Shown here piece after piece: positions 58,123 through 64,000 of a stretch of DNA of 64,000 bases. The position numbers were made by a program, and so were the translations under genes. This DNA comes from Thalassobaculaceae bacterium. Lineage in GTDB: Bacteria > Pseudomonadota > Alphaproteobacteria > Thalassobaculales > Thalassobaculaceae. The notes beneath the pieces were generated by a model that was not told the DNA's origin, made no database searches, and saw nothing but the letters and a program-made list of their open reading frames with translations. Each line of letters starts with the position of its first letter. The first letter of the stretch is position 1. Where the stretch lies: the NCBI GenBank assembly GCA_965228875.1, contig OZ245843.1, positions 1,098,616 to 1,162,615 on the forward strand, written 5' to 3'.

Positions 58123-58989
58123 TCAGTGTCGCGCCAGAAACCCGTCCAGCGCGGTGCGCGCCGGCGGTTCGTCGAGGGTCGGCGCGTGGCCCACCTCGGG
58201 CAGGGTGACGACCTCGAGGGCCGGGTGGCGCGCCTGCATCTCGAGGGTGGTTTCAGCTGACAGAACGGGCGACTTCCCGCCACGGACCAGCAGGGTCGGG
58301 ATCGCCGCGAGGGCGGCGAACAGCGCCCAGAGATCGGTGTCGCGCGCGCCCTGCTCCAGAAGCGGTTTCACGATCGCCGTGTCCCAGTCCTGTCGAAGCG
58401 TTCCGTCCCCCTCCTGGCGATAGGTGGTCTTGGCGAAGGCGACCCACTCCTCGGATGTGGTGAAGGACATGTCGGGCAGGATCGTTCTCATTTCGGCCGC
58501 CGCCGCATCCCAGTTGGCGGGCCGGCGTTCCGTGCCCATCACCCTGATGAGAAAGTCGCCGCCCTGGTCCTCGACATGCGGCCCGACATCGTTCAGGACC
58601 ACGCCGGCAAGAGCGGCCGGGGCCACGACGGCGAGGCCCATCGCAAGCATGCCGCCGAAGGACGTGCCGACGGCCACGACCCGGTGAAGGCCGAGAGCGA
58701 CCATCACGGCCCTCACGTCGTCCATCATCGCCGTCGGGGCGTAGTGCGCCGGATCGCTCTCGTAGTCGGAGCGGCCGCGCCCCCGGTAGTCCAAGCTGAT
58801 CAGCCGACGCGGTGCGATGCGCGCTGCGATATGGGCGAAATCCTTGGAACTGCGGGCATATCCCGGCAGGCCGAGGACGGGCGGTCGCGGATCGTCCGGG
58901 CTGCCCCAGTCGGCGGTGAAGACCCGGCTGCCCGATCGGCAGGTCACAAACCGCTCCCGGCAGGGCGGCTCCCAATCGATCGCCCCCAT
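58123..58989 (-). CDS. Alpha/beta fold hydrolase
   Basis: DYRGRGRS, GTSFGG nucleophile elbow, VLNDVGP, GHAP. Confidence 0.88.
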   Translation of the reverse strand: MGAIDWEPPCRERFVTCRSGSRVFTADWGSPDDPRPPVLGLPGYARSSKDFAHIAARIAPRRLISLDYRGRGRSDYESDPAHYAPTAMMDDVRAVMVALGLHRVVAVGTSFGGMLAMGLAVVAPAALAGVVLNDVGPHVEDQGGDFLIRVMGTERRPANWDAAAAEMRTILPDMSFTTSEEWVAFAKTTYRQEGDGTLRQDWDTAIVKPLLEQGARDTDLWALFAALAAIPTLLVRGGKSPVLSAETTLEMQARHPALEVVTLPEVGHAPTLDEPPARTALDGFLARH

Positions 58990-59000
58990 ACCTGTCGTCC

Positions 59001-59711
59001 TCAGGTGGCGCCGACGATGGCCGGGAGACGGTCGAGGGAGGTGAGTTCGATGTCCGGCGATCCGGGAAGCCGCTCCCTTGCCTGGCCGAAACGGTTGCAC
59101 CAGGCGACCCGGAAGCCGAACGCAGACGCGGCGGCGGCGTCCCAGGCGTTGGAGGACTGGAAGCTCACCGCGGCGGGAGCCGATATGTCGAGCCGCTCAA
59201 CCGTGAGGCGGTAGATCCGGGGATCCGGCTTAAAGACGCCGACCTCGTCGACCGACAGGATCGCGTCGAGCAGCGGCGTGCAGCCGGTGCTGTCGCAAAC
59301 GCTCTGCAGCATGTCGGGCGACCCGTTGGACAGGATGGCGGTCTTCATCCCGGCGGCCTTGAGCGTCTGGAGGACACCGAGAACCTCGGGATAGGTGTCG
59401 AGCCTGAGATAGCTGTCCATCAGCGCCTGACGCAGGGCGGCGGGCGGTCCGGAGGGGAACGCCGTATCGAGGGCGAAGTCCAGCGCATCGCCGGTGACCT
59501 GCCAGAACGGGACATAATGCTCGGGGCCCATGAGGCTCCGCAGCCAGGAGTAGCTGAGCTGCTTGCCGCGCCAGACCTCCGACAGGGTCTGGGCCGGTCC
59601 CGGTTCCAGCCCGAAATCCTCGCGGCACCGGGCAACCGCCGAATGCACGTCGAACATCGTGCCGTAGGCATCGAACACGCAGGCTTCGATGCCTTCGAAG
59701 CGGTCGGTCAT
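59001..59711 (-). CDS. Haloacid dehalogenase type II
   Basis: FDAYGT, WRGKQ, LSNG, FKP, SSNAWD. Confidence 0.92.
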   Translation of the reverse strand: MTDRFEGIEACVFDAYGTMFDVHSAVARCREDFGLEPGPAQTLSEVWRGKQLSYSWLRSLMGPEHYVPFWQVTGDALDFALDTAFPSGPPAALRQALMDSYLRLDTYPEVLGVLQTLKAAGMKTAILSNGSPDMLQSVCDSTGCTPLLDAILSVDEVGVFKPDPRIYRLTVERLDISAPAAVSFQSSNAWDAAAASAFGFRVAWCNRFGQARERLPGSPDIELTSLDRLPAIVGAT

Positions 59712-59724
59712 GGCGTCTTACCCC

Positions 59725-61857
59725 CTAGTCGCGTTCCAGTGCGGCCTGTTGACGGTCCAACAATACGCCGCAGGAGTAGACGCACCAGACTTTCTGCGCA
59801 CCGGACTCGAGACCGGCGAGGGTGGTCGCCTGATCGTGATCGTCGGCCAGCCGGCTGCGGTAGACGTGGAGCGCCTCCAGCACACGCTGCACATAATTGC
59901 GGGTCTCGGCGAAGGGGATGCGCTCGATCCAGTCGATCACGTCGACACGCGGATCGCTGGGGTCGCCGTGGGCCTTGACCCAGCGCTCGACCCGGCTCGG
60001 CCCGGCGTTGTAGGCGGCGATCGCCTTGATGTAATGGCCGTCGAACCGCTCCACCATCCGCTTTAGGTAGGTGCTGCCGAGGCGGACGTTGTAGTCCGGA
60101 CGCGCGATCAGCGATCCAAGGTCGTAGTCGATCCCGATCGATCGGGCGGTGGCCCGCGCCGTCGCCGGCATCAACTGCATCAGCCCGCGCGCGCCGACGC
60201 GGCTGATGGCGGTGGTCTCGAAGCTGCTTTCCTGGCGGATGATCGCATGGACCAGGGCCGGTTCCGGCCCGCCCGGTGGCGTTGCCGACAGGAGCGGATA
60301 GCCGATCTCGGGCAGGATCATTCGGCCGACGGCGGCGCGGCGGGCGGTGTAGACCGCCGTCCCCGATTCTCCGGCCCGGGCCGCCATCTCGGCGATCAGG
60401 GCGGAGCGGTCGAGATCCTCGCTCTCCACGGCGAGGTGGCGCAGGAACCGCCGGGCGGGCCGGTCGAGACGCAACCGCAGTAGCGCGGCGGCGGCCCGCA
60501 CCCTCTGGTCGGCGGCGAAGGCGGCCCGGGCACCGTCGTCCGGCGTTGCCGGTTCCGGCAGGGCGATCCGCGTCGCGCCGAGCCGTGCGGCCGAGAGCTG
60601 GCCGTAGAACGTGGTCTGGAACGCGGCACCGCGAGCGTACCAGGCCTCGGCCTCCGGGCGGTCGTCGAGCGCCTCGGCGGCACGGCCGGCCCAGTAGGCA
60701 GCGCGGGCCGAACTGATCGGTGTCGAGACGTTGGCGTGCAGCTGTCCGAAGTGGCGCAGGGCGTCGCGCGGCCGGTTCAGGAAGCGGAGAGCGATCCACC
60801 CGGCCAGCCATTCGGCTTCGGCGAAGGGACCGCCGGAGCGCTGCATGTGGGAGGCGGCGAGGAGGTAGGCATCCTCCAGGTTGCCGTCATCCAATGCCTC
60901 GCGGATGTGCCAAGCCCGCTCCCGCCACCACAGATGGACGAAGGCTTCCGAGGGCGGGGCCTCGAACATCAGCTCCCGCGCGCCGGTCCGCAGTCCGGCG
61001 CGCCGCCGCCAGCGCAGGCGCTCGTAATGCAGGCCTGGATCGTTCTGCAGGGCGGCGGGCACCCGCTGGACCGCCGCATCGACGCCGGCCTGCCGGAACC
61101 GCAGGCGCAGGCGGGCGTCGGCCAGCCTTCGCCAGTCTTCCGGGACGTGCTCGAGGGCCTGTCGCGCGGCACCGGCGCGGCCGCGCCACAGCAATCCGTC
61201 CAGGCGCTCGATATGGTCGGTTTCGTTCAGGAGGTGGCCGAACTCGGCGAGGAACTGCCGCTCGGCCCTGCGGCCGAGTTCGATCCGCCGCCATGTCTCG
61301 CGCACCGCCGGGGCCAGTGCGTTTTCGTCGCCGGCAGCCGCCAGGGCCGCCAACCGGGCCAGTTGGCCCTCCGACGTGCGTGGCGGATGCTCGTTGAACC
61401 AGGCGAGGCGTCGCGACAGCGGGATCTCGTCGGTGATGAGACGTTCGGCGCGAGCGACCAGATCTGCCTCGCCGGGCCATCCGGGATGGGCCGACAGGAA
61501 CCGCTCAACCGCGTCGAACGTTGTCGGTTGCGTGTCGTCGCGCAGCCGGATCCAGGCGAACAGGGCCTCGAGGTCGCCATCGCGTTCGCGACCAGGGGTA
61601 GCGCGCGCCCGATCCCAGTCGCCGGCCGCGGCGAAGGCCAACGCGGTCCGCCACGCAGCGTCCGAGACGGACAGACCGGACAGGCCGGCGGGCCGGTTCT
61701 CGGGTATCGCCACCACGCCGGCGGCAACAGGCGTTGCGCTCGCCGGCCTGGGCTGGGGTTTCGGCGCCGGTTGCGCCGAGACCGGTCTGACCGCCAAGAC
61801 CCCGGCCAATGCGACCATGGCGCCCAAGGCGAGGACCGGGAGACCGCGCACGAACAT
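59725..61857 (-). CDS. slt: Soluble lytic murein transglycosylase (Slt70-like)
   Basis: Signal peptide, alpha-superhelix, IIRQES, GLMQLMP, AYNAGP, IPFAETRNYV; alternative start 61884. Confidence 0.93.
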   Translation of the reverse strand: MFVRGLPVLALGAMVALAGVLAVRPVSAQPAPKPQPRPASATPVAAGVVAIPENRPAGLSGLSVSDAAWRTALAFAAAGDWDRARATPGRERDGDLEALFAWIRLRDDTQPTTFDAVERFLSAHPGWPGEADLVARAERLITDEIPLSRRLAWFNEHPPRTSEGQLARLAALAAAGDENALAPAVRETWRRIELGRRAERQFLAEFGHLLNETDHIERLDGLLWRGRAGAARQALEHVPEDWRRLADARLRLRFRQAGVDAAVQRVPAALQNDPGLHYERLRWRRRAGLRTGARELMFEAPPSEAFVHLWWRERAWHIREALDDGNLEDAYLLAASHMQRSGGPFAEAEWLAGWIALRFLNRPRDALRHFGQLHANVSTPISSARAAYWAGRAAEALDDRPEAEAWYARGAAFQTTFYGQLSAARLGATRIALPEPATPDDGARAAFAADQRVRAAAALLRLRLDRPARRFLRHLAVESEDLDRSALIAEMAARAGESGTAVYTARRAAVGRMILPEIGYPLLSATPPGGPEPALVHAIIRQESSFETTAISRVGARGLMQLMPATARATARSIGIDYDLGSLIARPDYNVRLGSTYLKRMVERFDGHYIKAIAAYNAGPSRVERWVKAHGDPSDPRVDVIDWIERIPFAETRNYVQRVLEALHVYRSRLADDHDQATTLAGLESGAQKVWCVYSCGVLLDRQQAALERD

Positions 61858-62053
61858 TGCTGCCCTCCGCTCGAACGATGGCATTCCGCAGGGGAAAGCG
61901 GGGCCGACGTCGAAGGGTTAAGGTAGTCACGGCGCCGGCTCCCGCCAAGCGGCCGGCGGGGGAACGGCCCGCTGGCGCCCTTGCTCCGGGCGTGGCGGGG
62001 GCGTAAGGTCCGGCGCTCGACAATTCATCAACCGCCGACTCGGGAGACAACCG

Positions 62054-62956
62054 ATGGGCTACGCATTCGGACAGCCGTTGTTCAAGGGATCACTCGTTGC
62101 CTTGATCACGCCGTTCAAAGACGGCGCGGTGGATGAGGATGCGTTCCGAAAACTCGTGGACTGGCAGATCGAGCAGGGCACGCACGGCCTGATCCCGGTC
62201 GGCACCACGGGTGAAAGCCCGACGCTCAGTCACGAAGAGCACAAGCGCGTCATCGAACTCTGCATTGAGCAGACTGCCGGCCGGGTGCCGGTCATCGCCG
62301 GCGCCGGCTCGAACTCGACCCAGGAGGCGGTCGAGTTCACCCAGCACGCCGCCGATGCCGGCGCGGATGCCGTGCTGCACGTCACGCCGTACTACAACAA
62401 GCCGACCCAGGAAGGCCTGTTTCGGCATTTTGAAGCGATCAACAACAGCGCCGATATCCCGATCATCATCTACAACATCCCCGGCCGGTCGATCGTCGAC
62501 ATGTCGGTGGACACGATGAAGCGGTGCTACGAGCAGCTGAAGAACGTCGCCGGCGTGAAGGACGCGACCGCCGACCTGGTTCGCCCGATCAAACAGCGCA
62601 TGGCCATGGGCGCCGACTTCTGTCAGCTCACCGGCGAGGATGCGTCGGTGATGCCGTTCCTGGCCCATGGCGGCCACGGGTGCATCTCGGTGACCGCGAA
62701 CGTGGCGCCGAAGCAGCTCTCCGACATGCATGTGGCATGGCAGAACCGTGACCTGGACACCGCGTTCACCATCAACGAGCGGCTGCAGCCGCTGCATGCA
62801 GCGCTGTTCTGCGAGACCAGCCCCGGGCCGGTGAAGTACGCCGCCAGCCTGCTCGGTCTGTGCGAGTCGACGGCGCGTCTGCCGATCTACGAGATCGCCG
62901 ACGAGAGCAAGGCCAAGGTCGAGAGCGCCATGCGCCATGCCGGGCTGTTGAACTGA
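62054..62956 (+). CDS. dapA: 4-hydroxy-tetrahydrodipicolinate synthase
   Basis: ALITPF, GTTGES, PYYNKP, YNIPGR, GVKDA. Confidence 0.97.
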   Translation: MGYAFGQPLFKGSLVALITPFKDGAVDEDAFRKLVDWQIEQGTHGLIPVGTTGESPTLSHEEHKRVIELCIEQTAGRVPVIAGAGSNSTQEAVEFTQHAADAGADAVLHVTPYYNKPTQEGLFRHFEAINNSADIPIIIYNIPGRSIVDMSVDTMKRCYEQLKNVAGVKDATADLVRPIKQRMAMGADFCQLTGEDASVMPFLAHGGHGCISVTANVAPKQLSDMHVAWQNRDLDTAFTINERLQPLHAALFCETSPGPVKYAASLLGLCESTARLPIYEIADESKAKVESAMRHAGLLN

Positions 62957-63070
62957 CCACAGCCTTCCGCACCGTCGCGGACGCCTGCGCGGCCCGCCCT
63001 GACCGGGGCGGGCCGTTGCCGTTCCGGGCCTCGGTTCGGTTCCCTGACCTGGCGCCCGACCGACCGCGCC

Positions 63071-63098
63071 CTCGACAACCGGGATGGGCTGCCTATAT
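63071..63098 (+). promoter_or_regulatory. Putative sigma70 promoter of smpB
   Basis: CTCGAC-N16-CTATAT, 30 bp upstream of the start. Confidence 0.45.
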
Positions 63099-63128
63099 AC
63101 GCACGGCTGAGTTTGAGGAGAGAGCGCC

Positions 63129-63599
63129 ATGGCGGGGAAGCAGGGCGCCCGCAAAGAGGTTGCTCGCAACCGGCGGGCCCGACACGAGTACATGATCGAG
63201 GACACGCTTGAGGCCGGCCTGATGCTGACCGGCTCCGAGGTGAAGTCGCTGCGCGAGGGACGCGCGTCCATCAACGAGTCCTATGCCGGCGACGAGAAGG
63301 GCGACCTGGCCCTGATCAATGCCCATATTCCGGAGTACAAGCCGGCCGAGCCGTTCAATCACGCGCCGCGCCGGGTCCGCCGTCTGCTCGTCCACCGCAA
63401 GGAGCGCGACCGCTTGCTCGGGATGATCCGGCGCGACGGCTACACGCTGGTGCCGCTGTCGCTCTACTTCAACGATCGTGGCATCGCCAAGCTGGAGATC
63501 GGTCTGGCGCGCGGCAAGAAGATGGCCGACAAGCGCGAGGACGTGAAGAAGCGCGACTGGGAGCGCCAGAAGGCGAGGCTGATGCGCGAGAAGGGGTGA
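63129..63599 (+). CDS. smpB: SsrA-binding protein
   Basis: [31 protein letters not shown]. Confidence 0.97.
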   Translation: MAGKQGARKEVARNRRARHEYMIEDTLEAGLMLTGSEVKSLREGRASINESYAGDEKGDLALINAHIPEYKPAEPFNHAPRRVRRLLVHRKERDRLLGMIRRDGYTLVPLSLYFNDRGIAKLEIGLARGKKMADKREDVKKRDWERQKARLMREKG

Positions 63600-63698
63600 G
63601 GTTTTGGTCGATGGGATCGGCCGCCGTGACCTGTTGCCCGATCCGGACCTTGCTATTGGGATCCGGACCGTCGGAAGCGCGCGCGGGGCAAATCAGGT

Positions 63699-64000
63699 TC
63701 ACCCCCTGTCCAGCAACTCCCGCACCCGGCGGAAAACGTCTTGGAACATCTCTTCGGTCAACCGGCCGGTGTTCGTGTTGTACCGCGAGCAGTGGTAGGA
63801 GCCGACCAGGACCCGGCCATCGCTGAGATCGTGAACGGCGTTGTGGCCGAACTTCGTCGCCGACTTCTTCAGCCCCAAGGCAGACAAGGTCGCGCCATGG
63901 GCGAGGGAGCCCAGGACAAGGATCACCTTCAGCCGGCCCATCTCCGACAGGGTTTCCTGCAGGAACGGGCGGCAGGCGTTGACCTCGGCGCCGACCGGTT
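63699..64000 (-). CDS. Uracil-DNA glycosylase family 5 (UdgB-like), 3' part; 5' end outside window
   Basis: CRPFL, LG..AH, FGH, SYHCSRYNTNTGRLT. Confidence 0.88.
   Translation of the reverse strand, partial: PVGAEVNACRPFLQETLSEMGRLKVILVLGSLAHGATLSALGLKKSATKFGHNAVHDLSDGRVLVGSYHCSRYNTNTGRLTEEMFQDVFRRVRELLDRG

Noticed and set aside
63640..63669. Direct repeat GATCCGGACC x2 between smpB and udg
   Set aside because: Two 10-bp copies in GC-rich DNA between convergent genes are too weak to assign a function.

Overview
A GC-rich chromosomal segment of an alphaproteobacterium, inferred to be Rhodospirillales-like from gene order and an alpha-type LexA box. The backbone is conserved core synteny: argS-SPOR-nagZ-site-2 protease-scpAB-tatABC-serS-surE-pcm-nlpD; DUF815 ATPase/yajC-secDF-Mth938; an NDUFAF6-like gene convergent with trmFO; uvrA/ssb-gyrA-coaD-tRNA-Lys; slt/dapA-smpB-udg. 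Small accessory inserts interrupt it. I found no integrase, transposase, prophage or CRISPR array. Most interesting signals: (1) Two paralogous, uncharacterised Fe(II)/2-oxoglutarate-dioxygenase-like genes flank nlpD. The second overlaps (ATGA) a group II PLP decarboxylase-family gene carrying Phe at the catalytic-loop Tyr position (PEFLK), the substitution that converts plant aromatic amino-acid decarboxylases into aldehyde synthases. (2) A sigma54-controlled nine-gene CoA-dependent catabolic operon has no thiolase but has a BadI/MenB-type hydrolase, a split PaaH-like dehydrogenase and an AMACR-like racemase; its -24/-12 promoter and paired enhancer sites are readable in the sequence. (3) A dcd plus squalene/phytoene-synthase-like insert sits behind DnaA/CtrA-like sites. 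(4) A ~112-bp RIME/Bru-RS-like palindromic element. (5) Short AT-rich synonymous-codon patches lie inside otherwise GC3-rich genes. All product calls come from motif recognition by eye; no database search was run.
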